Below are positions 1-11,850 of a stretch of DNA of 64,000 nucleotides, piece after piece (position 1 is the stretch's first letter; each line of letters starts with the position of its first letter). The notes beneath the pieces are model-generated. The model saw only the letters and a program-made list of their open reading frames with translations. It searched no databases and was not told the DNA's origin. The stretch spans positions 7,626,001-7,690,000 of the forward strand of contig OZ024747.1 of the NCBI GenBank assembly GCA_964016885.1, given 5' to 3'. A program made the translations under genes and the position numbers. This DNA is from Eledone cirrhosa (lineage: Eukaryota).

Positions 1-127
1 TATATTCACATATATATCGCTATTTCAGAGCATTTATTCCAATTTCTAATTTCTGCCGGACCGGCAACCGCTCTTTCAAACCAGTTCCTGTACACAGCTA
101 AGTATTCTATAAGTCTCTAGCTGTGTC

Positions 128-216
128 ATTCTCGATAAAAGCACTGGATATGTAGTCCTGATGAATTCTAACAAGAATGAAACGCGTAGATTACTTCCCT
201 TGCTTTTATCGAGAAT
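128..216 (+). ncRNA. Type I hammerhead ribozyme motif (Penelope-like/retrozyme type)
   Basis: Stem I GTAGTC(152-157)/GATTAC(189-194); core CTGATGA 158-164; stem II ATTCT-aaca-AGAAT; GAAA 179-182; palindromic stem III ACGCGT with NUH triplet GTA (cleavage after 188); outer 16-bp helix ATTCTCGATAAAAGCA/TGCTTTTATCGAGAAT. Confidence 0.8.
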
Positions 217-314
217 CTAATTGTAATACGTGACGTATTCTATTCTATAGCGATTAGGTCTTCAAAATGTTTATTATAAACATACAGAATATTTTCGAAT
301 ACTCTATGTCTATA

Positions 315-362
<48 letters not shown>

Positions 363-1651
363 CATACATACATACTTGGCAGTTAATTTGTTTATGGTGG
401 ATGTTATTTTATTATGTTAAAAGTAGTATCTTATGACTGAGCAGTTGTACTTGTGTGATAGATCTTAGTTCAGGTATGTGGTATTCATTTACTATTATTT
501 TGTTCCATTGTTGGATGAAGTTTGTGAGAGAACCACAACAGAAATACAAACCCTCCATCTCAATTTTACTTTTGAAAATCATAAGAACTGTGAAACTGGC
601 GAAGTAAATAGATATTCTTAAAAGACTCCAGTTGCATTTTCAACTTTTTTTCCTTATATATATATAAATATATAATTGTATGCTATGTGATGCACTAATT
701 GGTGTGAAAGAATTGTAGTAATTTGATAATGGAGGCCAACAGAAACGGGGCAGTCATGTTTTTTTCTCCACACCTTAATGAAACCCTTGACAAAAGAAGG
801 TTCATGAAATTAAACATAGCTTGCTACACTGATGTATGTTGGGATACAATAAAGCAATTTAAATAGTAGATCTATTGTTATAATCACCATTGCTATCCTC
901 AAATAGGAGAAGAGGTTAATGTTTTTGTTATGAAAATTGTGTTCTTTTAGGATTCTCACTCCTCTCCTCTTCTCTCTCTCTTTCTCCACTCTCTGATTCT
1001 GTGCTGAGTTGAAAATCTCTTGGCATTGGCATTACTGTTCATACTTTAAGAGTATATGGCCAGAATTATTCAAACTTTGTTACCCCTCCTTCCTAAACAA
1101 AATCTTGACCCTAATCCAAAGTAAGAAATCAATATTATGATTATTCTAAACCAATCGGAAACAAGCTTCCCTCTATGAAGAGATCAATCTGAATTACATG
1201 GGGTTGCTACTACTCTGATGATGATTTGTAACTTTGGCACATTTGATCAAGTCCGGGCCTTATTTTATCAACCCCTGGGAAGATTAAAGATAAGGTCAAA
1301 CACCAGCAGTATCTGAACTTGGGATATAAATAGATGTGACTAAATATCACAGGGCATTTTGTCTGCTGCTCTGATGAATCCAGTCAACTACATCACTATT
1401 ACTACTACTAAACTCAATTTCAAACTTTATTACAAAGCTGTTGCTACTTTGTTACTAAGATATATGGAGCTACATGGGTGCATGTAGTTACCCTTGTGTC
1501 AGTTGAACTTATGTTTATTTTAAACACTGACTGGTCACTGTTCTTCAACTGATGTCCGTTTGCCATCAGGAAGTTTTTTTTGTTTTTTTTTTAAATACTT
1601 TTTTTATTTGGTTTGGTGAGAAGGGGTTTTGCTCATAGAAATTGGGTGCAA

Positions 1652-1878
1652 TTAACCCTTTAGCATTTACATTACTCTATATTTACTATCATATTTTCAC
1701 AGTAATTGTTTTACCTTACGTAATTATCTCACATAATATTGAACCTATCAGATTTTGATATTATTTATTTTGAGAACAATACCTTAACATCAGTATGACA
1801 GTATGAGCAGCTGGTTTCAGCCGGTTTGAACAGAAACAGATGAGAGAATTCTGGCCGGTTTAAATGCTAAAGGGTTAA
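1652..1878 (+). mobile_element. piggyBac-type MITE (~220 bp), copy 1
   Basis: TTAA at both ends; TIR CCCTTTAGCATT...AATGCTAAAGGG; five copies in window. Confidence 0.8.
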
Positions 1879-1977
1879 TGCTTCTCTTGAATAGTTGCAA
1901 CTTGATTGCAACAGAAAAACGATGGGCAAGGAAGGGGGTTTTCAGAAGATCAACATTTTGGTAAGGAAGGAATGGAT

Positions 1978-2051
1978 GTAGTGGTTAAGTGTGGAATCAG
2001 GATCATATAGTGGGTAGTGGTTAAGTGTGGAATCAGGATCATATAGTGGGT
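1978..2051. repeat. 36-bp tandem duplication
   Basis: GTAGTGGTTAAGTGTGGAATCAGGATCATATAGTGG x2. Confidence 0.9.
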
Positions 2052-2090
2052 GACAAGAGAAGAGACAAATGACTCAGTGTTAATAATAAT

Positions 2091-2282
2091 AATTGTTTCT
2101 ACTTTTGACACAAGGCCAACAATTACCCCAGTGCATTACTGGTGCTTTATTTTATCAACCCCGTAAGGATGAAAGGCAAAGTTAACCTCGGCGGGATTTG
2201 AACTTAGATCATAAAGGGTCATAACTCTATGCTGCAAAGCATGGTGTCCGATCCTCTACCAATACTGCCAATCCACCGCCCT
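2091..2282 (-). mobile_element. SINE with Meta-like core (GCCTTTCATCC..GGGGTCGATAAAATAAAGTACCAG family)
   Basis: Reverse complement of the core seen in many copies (e.g. 12817-13040); B-box-like GTTCAAATCC in head. Confidence 0.7.
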
Positions 2283-2320
2283 AATAATAATAAGGAGCAG
2301 GAATGAAGTATCAATAAATC

Positions 2321-2419
2321 AGGTTAACTTTGCCTTTCATCCCTACGGGGTCAATAAAAGAGAAGTACCAGTAATGCACTGTGGTAATTGCTGGCCTTGT
2401 GCCATAAGGAGAAACAATT
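2321..2419 (+). mobile_element. Partial Meta-like SINE, inverted relative to 2091-2282
   Basis: About 100 bp reverse-complement match to 2091-2188. Confidence 0.7.
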
Positions 2420-3624
2420 ATTAGGTTTATTCACATTTCACGATCAATCAGCTCATCATGGGTGAATAAACATAATGATTTTATATTGATATTTCGCTTA
2501 TTATTATTAACATCATTATTATTATGTTTGTGTGTGCATATATATGTGTGTATATATGTGTTAGTATGTATATTTATATATACATATATGTGCGTGTATG
2601 TATTAAACAGTTTTTTAATATCTAAAAATGAGGTTAGTAGTGCTAAAAATGTATTTTAAGCACAGTAAAAGTGTTACAGTACATGTGCCAGTGACTTAGT
2701 GGATAAGAAAAACATAAGTCTTATCATTAAACTACAAAATTGGGACCCAGTGATAAAACCTTTGTTAGACAACATAACAACCAGTCTAGGGCAGTGGATT
2801 GGTGGAATTGTTCATGTTCATTCTTGCAGTATGTGTTAAGGGTTTAAATCCTGTTATGACCAAGTGGTAGACTTGATCTGTCGCTTGGTTTAACACCACT
2901 ACCTGTCCCTTCGGTGTCTTTAGCAGAGTCCATTCTGTTGCAAGTATTTGGACCAGGTCTCCATTTTGAGGATACTTTCCTCCCACTTTCCAATCCTGGA
3001 AAACCTGAAAAGATCCATCCTCTCCCCCACTAAACAGAAGAAAACAAGATAGACATACTCCAATGTTTGAACTAGTTATATTACTTATTTCAGATTCTAC
3101 TGTTTTACTATTACTTATATCACATTTATCTTCCTCCTCTGATGTTCTTGAAAGCTCTAAAAGTAAATAGTTATTTTTATTCTTTTTACTGGTTATGGTC
3201 ATGTTGGAGCGTGTTATCAAATGTATTGCCTAGAAGAGCCATTTATTTTTTTTTAGCCATTGTTTTACAGCCAAATGCACTTCCTGGTGTCAATCTTTGT
3301 CAGAAATATGGTGTGGCCAGTTCTAAAAATCAAGATATACGAAATATGTATGTGTATATTGGCAAGAGAGACAATAAACAAACTGGTGGTTTCAGATGAA
3401 AATTTCTCGAAATATTTGTTCTAAGTTACACAGACAATCCCATGCCTGTTTCTCAACATCAGAAACTGTAGTGAACCTGTGATTGGCCAGTTGTAGGTCT
3501 GTAACAAATGATGTTATTGTTTAGTAAAAATGTGATTGTTTGAATTATATGGGGATTTCTTGGTAAATAAGGAGGTTATGGAAAGGGCTTGACTGAGTAA
3601 TTTACTGAAAACCATCAATATATA

Positions 3625-4022
3625 ACAGCAGAGAGAAGCTTCGCTATGTGCTATGCATCCCATCAATCAGTGAGGGCCTCCCTTGAATGGAAGCCAGAAG
3701 GAGGGCATAAGAAACAAGGGAGATCCATCAAGACTTGGTTGGGGTTTATGGAGGGAGACATGGGCCTAGCCTGGGAGCTGGCAGATTTCTCATTGTCTAA
3801 TGCTCCATTGGGAGTAAAGGGAACTAAAGAATAAAAGGGTAAGCACTGATGTGCCACTGTAATATTTGCAGGCTGGTCTCAGGAGAACCAGGGACAGACT
3901 CCCGAGCAAGATGGTTGGATAACATCCTTGAGCTCAGCCAGTCTTGCTTGAGGATCCAGCTGGATCAATTTGAGACAGTTGCTTCTGACAGGACCTGCTG
4001 GAAAGAGTGCTTGAGGACTCTG
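3625..4022 (+). mobile_element. Decayed non-LTR retrotransposon 3' fragments (RTE-like)
   Basis: Translations WKPEGGHKKQGRSIKTW and RARWLDNI...ASDRTCWK resemble the RTE C-terminal G-R-P-x-x-x-W and DR-x-x-W motifs. Confidence 0.5.
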
Positions 4023-5297
4023 CCCCCCCCCCCCCCCCCCCCCTCTCGGGAATAAGTGGGCAAAGAAGAAAGTTTCAATACTCATTTGAAAACCAGTCAC
4101 TTCATTCACTTTGGAAAGGGCTTATATCTTTTATACTGAATTTGAGATTTCCTTCTGCCTGTCATCATAGAAGGGTTTGCTGGGGATATTTTTATATGGT
4201 GAAGCAAAGGTGGAACTTAGATACAGGGCTGAGCTGAAGTATTATACTTTAACAAGCCACCACCCTCTCATGCATATACACTTGCACACATTCTTATATA
4301 TAAAAACAAAGACATAGTAAAGCATATATAAACAGTACATAAACACATACAGAAGCTGACAATCTTAACATATATATGCTTCGGCTTAGGGACACATATA
4401 TGCATGGGTTTAATGGCACAACACACGCAGGTATAAGCAGCTACAAGCACACATATATGCACATACAGAGAAATAGTAGGTACACACACATACATACATT
4501 TATCCAGCAACCCACCATTCAGTTTTATGCCCTCTTTGGGTTAGACAAAGGAAGTTTTTATTGCTAGTTATTGGAGCATTGGGCTGCTGTAAGGAGTGAA
4601 CAGTTTATTTACTTCCCAACCACCCTTCATATAAACACTCCCTTTTATATCTGCTCACCTACCTCTCTCTTGCTGTAGTAGTCCTTTTTATTAATTGAAA
4701 TGGTGAGTCATTATTATTATCATCATGATTGTTGTTATTATTATAATTGCATGTAAAACTTCCATATTATTACAATAATTATTGTTGTTCTCATTATTAA
4801 CATTGCTCTCATTAGAGAACCCATGTTTTTGCTATATATATTTTTGAAAATGCCAGTTGACCCCAGCAGAGATTGTGGATGTACATTTTGTAATTACTGC
4901 TAACCCCTTGAAGTATGATTCCATTGTGGATATCACCCTATGGCCTACTTTTTAGAAAAAGACAGCAATTTAGCACCCCACCTGGTGGCTACAAGCAAAG
5001 GTGTAGTATGATGGATAAGATTGGAAGGACTGAGGATGGGGTTTTGGCCCTTGTGTAAATTTTATATAAGGTAGGGATGAATAACTGATATTGTCGCTGG
5101 ACATTGAATACACTGAGCCTCTCTGGGTAACTAGTTTGATCTTTTTTGACAATTCTCTATATTTATATTATTTTTTTACTGTTTAAATTTTTTATTTTGA
5201 TATGTACTAACTGTATATACACAATGTATCCTGTGTATTTTTTCTGTTGTTTGTGTGTATCTGTGCGTGCATATGTTATATTTTGGTAAATACTCTT

Positions 5298-5503
5298 TTG
5301 ACCCTTTAGCATTTATATTACTCTATATATACTATAGAATTTTTGTGGCAAAGGCTTTACCTCACATAATATCGGATCTACGAGATTTTGATGTTATTTA
5401 TTTTGAGAACAATACCTTAACATCAGTATGAGTAGCCAGTTACAATCAGTTTGAACAGAAAGATGTTGGAGAATTATGACCAGTTTAAATGCTAAAGGGT
5501 TAA
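5298..5503 (+). mobile_element. piggyBac-type MITE copy 2
   Basis: Same TIRs and internal sequence as 1652-1878; TTGA/TTAA flanks. Confidence 0.75.
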
Positions 5504-7850
5504 ATATATATCTTGGACATGAGGATTAGTTGGTAAACAGTTCAATCCTTTTGTATGGTGGTTTGAGTTATTGTCTTCTACCATGTTCTCAGCTTGAACT
5601 AAGACTTGTGATTGAAAGAGGGTAGTGAACAACAGAATTGTTAAAGCTTTGTAGAGAATATCTTTAGTAAGGTGGGATTTAAAAGATTTGGCTGTTATTT
5701 CCAGCAGGTTGCATGACCACATAGAAGCTTCCATCATTAGTTTATTTCATTTTATTTATTTATTTTTGTACTTATATTATATTTGATAATCCTAAGTGTG
5801 TGTGTGTGAGAGAGAGAGAAAATCTGCTCTGAACCTCAATAACAGATGTTATGGAGCTGGGCTACTGAATTCAAGTTTTTTAACTATTAAAGGATTTTAT
5901 TCTTGAAGCCTGGTTTGAACTGATGTCATTGCCCAAGGTGCTGGACAGTTTGATCAAACCTCGTTTATGGGATACTATAACTCATTCATCTAGTAGACCA
6001 TTCTCACCATATTTCTTTCTAGCCTTCATACTTCCTTTGCATTTAATATCCATGTTTTGCTTCCATGGAGTATTGCACTTCATACACAAACATCATATAA
6101 TCTGTCTTTCTTTCAGAGAAAAAAATCAAATCCCTTTATTGTGAGCAGGGCTAACCCTTTCCCTGAACTTTTTCTACTGTTTTAAATCTGGCTACTATGC
6201 TTCTTAAACATGCCACCTCCACTGCTAATTAGTTCACTAAGGTAACAGAAGCTGTCAACATTTCTAGGCAGCCTTCCAAGCAGTTGAAGGAATTTACTTT
6301 GTGTGTAATCTTACTGATAACTAGTCCTGTGAATTTTCTATGTACAACATCCTTCACTATGAGCCTTAGCTAAGACCTTCTCTTTTAGTTATCTTACTAG
6401 GAAGAGGGTATTAGTGGTATAAAGTCCCAGTACACACCTGAACTGCATCTCATTTAAGCTAATTTTCTTCCTAACCAGTTGTGCTATAAGTGTTTCTGTT
6501 ATTTTCATAACTTAGTCCATCAATTTGATGTTTCTATAGTTGCTTCTTTATAGAACAGCTCCTTTGCCTTTGAAGCAGTTGCTGATGATGATGATGATAG
6601 TGTGCTGTCAGTTATTGGGGGAGACACCTCCCTGTACTACCTGATTGTCTATGCAAGTGAAGAGCATGTGTCCTACTTTTCTGAATATCTTCAGAATGTC
6701 AGGGAGAGGTGCAAAGGGGAGAGGTAGCAGTTGGCACAGAGCATATTACCATTATTTTGTTATTGAAAGCTCACATTTCTCTTGTTCCCTCTCTTCATGC
6801 ACACACACACCATTAAGCTGGGTTATTAATATGAGTTTAAAGGTCAGCTGTAGATTAAATGTTATAGGTTGAGTTTGAACTATAGACAGGAATAGCAGCA
6901 CTAGCTAATTGGAAGGAGGAAAGGTAGATGCAGAGGGTATGGAGATTATTAGGAGAGGAGATTGTAGGTGGGGAGAGAAGAACAATAACAATGGACTTCA
7001 CTGGTTCGGGTCTAAGTGCTTATGTCCAACCTCCACCCAGCCCTCTAGATGGTGTCCTATTGAAGGCGAACAACAGCAGCAACAGTTGGAGGGAGAGGGG
7101 TGATTAAACAAGGTTCAGCATTTATTAAAATTTTCTAAATTCCGCAACAGAAGAAAGCTTCACACTAACGATAGCAGCTCTCTCTCCCTCTCTCCCTTGA
7201 CCCATTTTCTGAAGAGGAGTGGATAGAGATGCTTTCTTGCCCCATCAACAGAGCTGGAGGTAGCAGTGAAGGGAACTCACTATTGTCGTATTTAAAAGTA
7301 CAACTTGAATTGTCAAACTCACACACACATACCAGACACACATATACCACAGACACACACATACCAGACACACATACCACATACACACACACACACACCA
7401 TCATATTATTTCTATACACCCAAAGATTCCAGTTTATGAATAACAGAACTACCTGCTCACCGACTTAATAGCATAAGTGGTTGAGTATTCCACAGACAGG
7501 GGTACTCTTAGTGTAATCCTGAAGCAGAACCAGTGTAACATGGCTGAATGTTTGACTTACTGATGCAGTCCATCTGGTTGGCTTCTACAGATTTCAACAC
7601 ATGGTTGCAAAACAAACTTAACTCTTGTTCTCTTTACCCAAATGTGTGGCCTTGTGTATATCAATATTTTCTGCAGCAGTGAAAATTTCACTCACAAGAT
7701 TTTTGAGTCAATCCAAGGTTATATTAGAATATACAAAGTGCCACACATTGGGATTGAATCCTAGACCTTGTGATTGTCAAGTGAAGACATTGGCCATTTG
7801 CAGCAAATATGACTGCATGCACACATATGCACATTCTATATTTATCCAGT

Positions 7851-8880
7851 CATCATCATCATCATCACCGTTTTATGTCTGTTCTTCCACGCTAGCATGG
7901 GTTAGACGGGTTGTCCTGTTGTGGGCAGTGTCTGGTCGGCTGACCATGCCTTGCTCATACAGGAACTGATTTGGCTTGATTTCTACAGCTGGATGCCCTT
8001 CTTAACACCAACCTCATTTACAGTGAGTGCTGGGTGCTTTTTCGTGGCGCCTACACGTCCACTTTACAGTGTGGGCTGGGTGCTTTTTTGCCGTGGCGCC
8101 TTCACGACCACCTTGCGGTGGGGGGCATATTGTCTATATGCTTCAGCTTGTACCCATGGGAGGTCAGGTACTCTGTATTACTGCGTCACCAGAGGTCACG
8201 GTCGTGTGTCATCGCCTTTGAGAGGTATAATTGGGTAAGGTCGGCTTTTATCACCTCATCCCAGGTCATCTTGGGTCTCCCCACTCCGCGGTTTCCATCG
8301 ACTTCTAGTGCTCTGCACCTTTTTATGCAGCTGTCATCCTTCATGTGCATCACATGTCCATACCAGCGTAACCGCCTCTCCTGCACACAGCATTTGATTC
8401 CTCTTATGCTCAGTCTCTCTCTCAATTCATTTATGCTTTGTCGTTCGCGTATATTACTGTTACACATCCATCGGATCATGCAGGCTTCGTTTCCCTCTAA
8501 TCTACGTAAGTCTTCCACCTTCAGCGCCCAGGTCTCACTATCATGCAACATCGCTGTTCGGATACACGCATCATACAGTCTGCCTTTCATTCTGAGGGAG
8601 AAGCCTTTTGCAGCTAGCAGTGGTAGTAGTTCCCTAAACTTCTTCCATTCCATTCTTACCCTAGTTATTGTACTTTCTGAACACCCACCTCCGCTGCTAA
8701 TTCGGTTACCTAGGTAGCAGAAGTTGTCTACTGTTTCTACAGAGCCCTCCCAGAGATTGGTGGTACTTGTTTCCTGTGGCTGTTTGCTGCTTGCTGTCCC
8801 AGCACAGCTGCTGCATGTGAAGCCTACATTCTTAATTAAGCTTCCTGAGATCCCGCTACATCTCTTGTGTATCCAGTATA
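7851..8880 (-). mobile_element. 5'-truncated RTE-clade LINE (C-terminal ORF part, 3' UTR, (CAT)n tail)
   Basis: ORF 8186-8959 encodes FCYLGN...[12 protein letters not shown]...GRPKMTW typical of RTE; near-identical copy at 29827-30805. Confidence 0.9.
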
Positions 8881-8889
8881 TACACATTT

Positions 8890-8923
<34 letters not shown>

Positions 8924-9342
8924 CATACATATATACATACACAGAATATTCATATTCATTATTCAGACACTCACGACATTATGTACATAATCCCTGTGTA
9001 TCAATTCAAATTGAATATTAATCTCCTTAGCTTCACCATTCAGTTATTCTTACTCTAGCCTCTGCTATAATCTAGAGTGGTCTTTATAAGTTTAAGGGGA
9101 GTGTTAACATCATTATCGTTAAAATGTACATTAATCAATTCTGTATTGTCATCCTCATTATCACTATCATCATCGTCACTGACATCGATTTTATGTTTGC
9201 TTTTCCATGCTGGCATGAATTGAATAGGGCTTTTTAACTGGTTAGCTTTAGGGTGTACTGTTTATGTGGGACATAAACAGACATCACAGCTCACTTAAAA
9301 CTGTGTCATACAGTCACAGACATACACGGCTGCACATATGCA

Positions 9343-9417
<75 letters not shown>

Positions 9418-10139
9418 CACCCAGGTCATCCTGTAAGGTGGTCGTGCTGGTGCCACAATAAGAAGCATCCAGTCCACACTGGTTGTCATTAGAAGGACAT
9501 CTAGCCATAGAAATCAAGCCAAAATACAGATCTGTACGAGCAAGACATGATCACCTGATCTGGCCTATCTCACAACAGGACAACTCATCTAACCCATGCT
9601 AGTATGGAAAAATGGACGTTAAAAGGTGATGATGATGATGATGATATTCAATTGAGGTTTTTCTCAAAATAATGAAATAGTAATATTTTGTGCTGAATGT
9701 TAGAAACTGGAGAGAATTGGGTTAATATAGAACACACCCATGCAGTGAAGAATATAAATAAATAGCTTTGGGGTTAAAAATTAAGATTGAGTAAATTAAA
9801 CATGATACAGTGAAATATGAGTTTAAATGTTATGGGGTAAACATTTCTGATAATGGTGATGGTGGATACCACCTAGTAAAGAGGATATTATTCTGACCTG
9901 GTTTAAAATCTTGGCTAACATAAGAGGTTTACTTTATTTATATTGCTAATATCTTTTAGAAATGATATGGATGCTGTAACAATTAAAATATAATGCCTTT
10001 GTGCCTGGTCTAAAGAAATTGTCTTTGATGTCGTCGTTATTGTATTGAAAGGTGTATAAAGTCTGAATGAATATAATTACTATGGTAATGTGTGTGAGTG
10101 TATGACTCACCATCACCATCACCATCATAACCATCACTA

Positions 10140-10590
10140 TTATCATCAGCATCAGCATCATCATCATTTTATGTCTGCTTTTTCCATGTTTGGATGGGTT
10201 GGATGGGTCTTTTCCAGCTCAACATCTCTCCATTCATTGTGTTCCTTCATCATCACCTTTCTGAGCTTCAGCAATTTCAGATCAGCTCTTCCCAACCTCT
10301 GCCCAGGTCTTCCTCTACTACAGCTACCTTCCACTGGGATTTCCTGGCACTTTTTACTCTATGATCATCATCCATACACACCACATCCATACCAGTGCTG
10401 TTGTTTCTCTTGTACACTACATCTGATTCCTTTTATACCCAGATTTTCTCTCAGCTCATCCATGCTTTGTCGTTCACATACATTAACATTGCACATCCAT
10501 CAAAGCATGCCCTCATATATCCTCTGCATTCTCAGTCCATATCTCGCTACCATGCAACATGACACATCACATGCAAGCATCATACAGCCA
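10140..10590 (-). mobile_element. Decayed RTE LINE 3' fragment
   Basis: Same 3' end and coding remnants as 60301-60720. Confidence 0.7.
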
Positions 10591-10764
10591 AATTATTGTT
10601 GTCAACACAGAAAGTGGAGTCTTCTTGGGATTGGAATCACTGATGTTCTTACTATCAACTACTACCAAACATAAGCACAGGAATGAACAAATAGGGGATG
10701 AAATGGTAAATAGATGACACAAAATGGTAACAAGAACAAAATAATAACTCCGGGGTCATCAACT

Positions 10765-11186
10765 GTAGAACTTCCATAGTTTCAACGTCTACCAACAGTA
10801 CTGCTGGTAGAACTTCCATAGTTTCAACCTCTACCAACAGTACTGCTGGTAGAACTTCCATAGTTTCAACCTCTACCAACAGTACTGCTGGTAGAACTTC
10901 CATAGTTTCAACCTCTACCAACAGTACTGCTGGTAGAACTTCCATAGTTTCAACCTCTACCAACAGTACTGCTGGTAGAACTTCCATAGTTTCAACCTCT
11001 ACCAACAGTACTGCTGGTAGAACTTCCATAGTTTCAACCTCTACCAACAGTACTGCTGGTAGAACTTCCATAGTTTCAACCTCTACCAACAGTACTGCTG
11101 GTAGAACTTCCATAGTTTCAACCTCTACCAACAGTACTGCTGGTAGAACTTCCATAGTTTCAACGTCTACCAACAGTACTGCTGGT
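10765..11186. repeat. Minisatellite, 10 x 42 bp
   Basis: Unit GTAGAACTTCCATAGTTTCAACCTCTACCAACAGTACTGCTG; first and last copies have the ACGTCT variant. Confidence 0.97.
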
Positions 11187-11808
11187 CCATTCAGGGTCAT
11201 AGTGTCTAACATGATAGTTAAACACTATCCTGAAGTATTTTACATGATGACGAATGAGACAAAAATAGAAAAATTTCAAGGCACATACATTCTCAAGTTA
11301 CCACTGAGAAGTGGTTGTCATGTGATCTGGGATTTTATTATAGTGATATATATATAGTTTCGGATCTAACTGTTGAAACGGCCGGAGCTCAGCCATCGGG
11401 TTCCTGAATCTTTTCATATGTGCACGTGTGGCATTCCTGATGATTTCATATGAATGAAACATTTCTAGTCCTGTACAAGCATTTTCTATATAAACCTCTG
11501 TTTTCACTCTACTTATGTATTGAGTACCTAATTTACCTCCGACTCTACTCAAGATCAACACACATATATATATATATATATAGGAGGTGATTGTAGTACA
11601 ATAAAGCAATGCAGATATCGGATAAGAAGCACTCTACAGTTTGTTGATATGTTGATTTAAAACTGCACTATCCACAAGTGTTTTTTAGCCTTCATATCAT
11701 GTCCTCCTGTTTTATCTGATGAAAACACAAATATTATTGCATGATGATGTTTGTTTTTGAAATGCGCATAATAAAATACATGGAACTCCTTTAACCATCT
11801 TTTGATCT

Positions 11809-11843
<35 letters not shown>

Positions 11844-11850
<7 letters not shown>

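Noticed and set aside
8034-8717. 227-aa plus-strand ORF (also 30282-30728 and most of 60152-60844)
   Set aside because: Antisense shadows of RTE coding sequence; only 60168-60226 is a real eIF3a exon.
9264-9517. YI-repeat ORFs and similar VC/HT/II ORFs elsewhere
   Set aside because: Translations of (TA)n, (CA)n and (ATT)n microsatellites.
10611-10705. Possible upstream GPAM exon (cacag...gtaaat)
   Set aside because: Weak polypyrimidine tract, adjacent to an RTE relic, no homology; cannot be supported without transcripts.
10765-11186. CRISPR-like array
   Set aside because: Units are contiguous and identical with no unique spacers; eukaryotic context and no cas genes. The same applies to 20427-20843.
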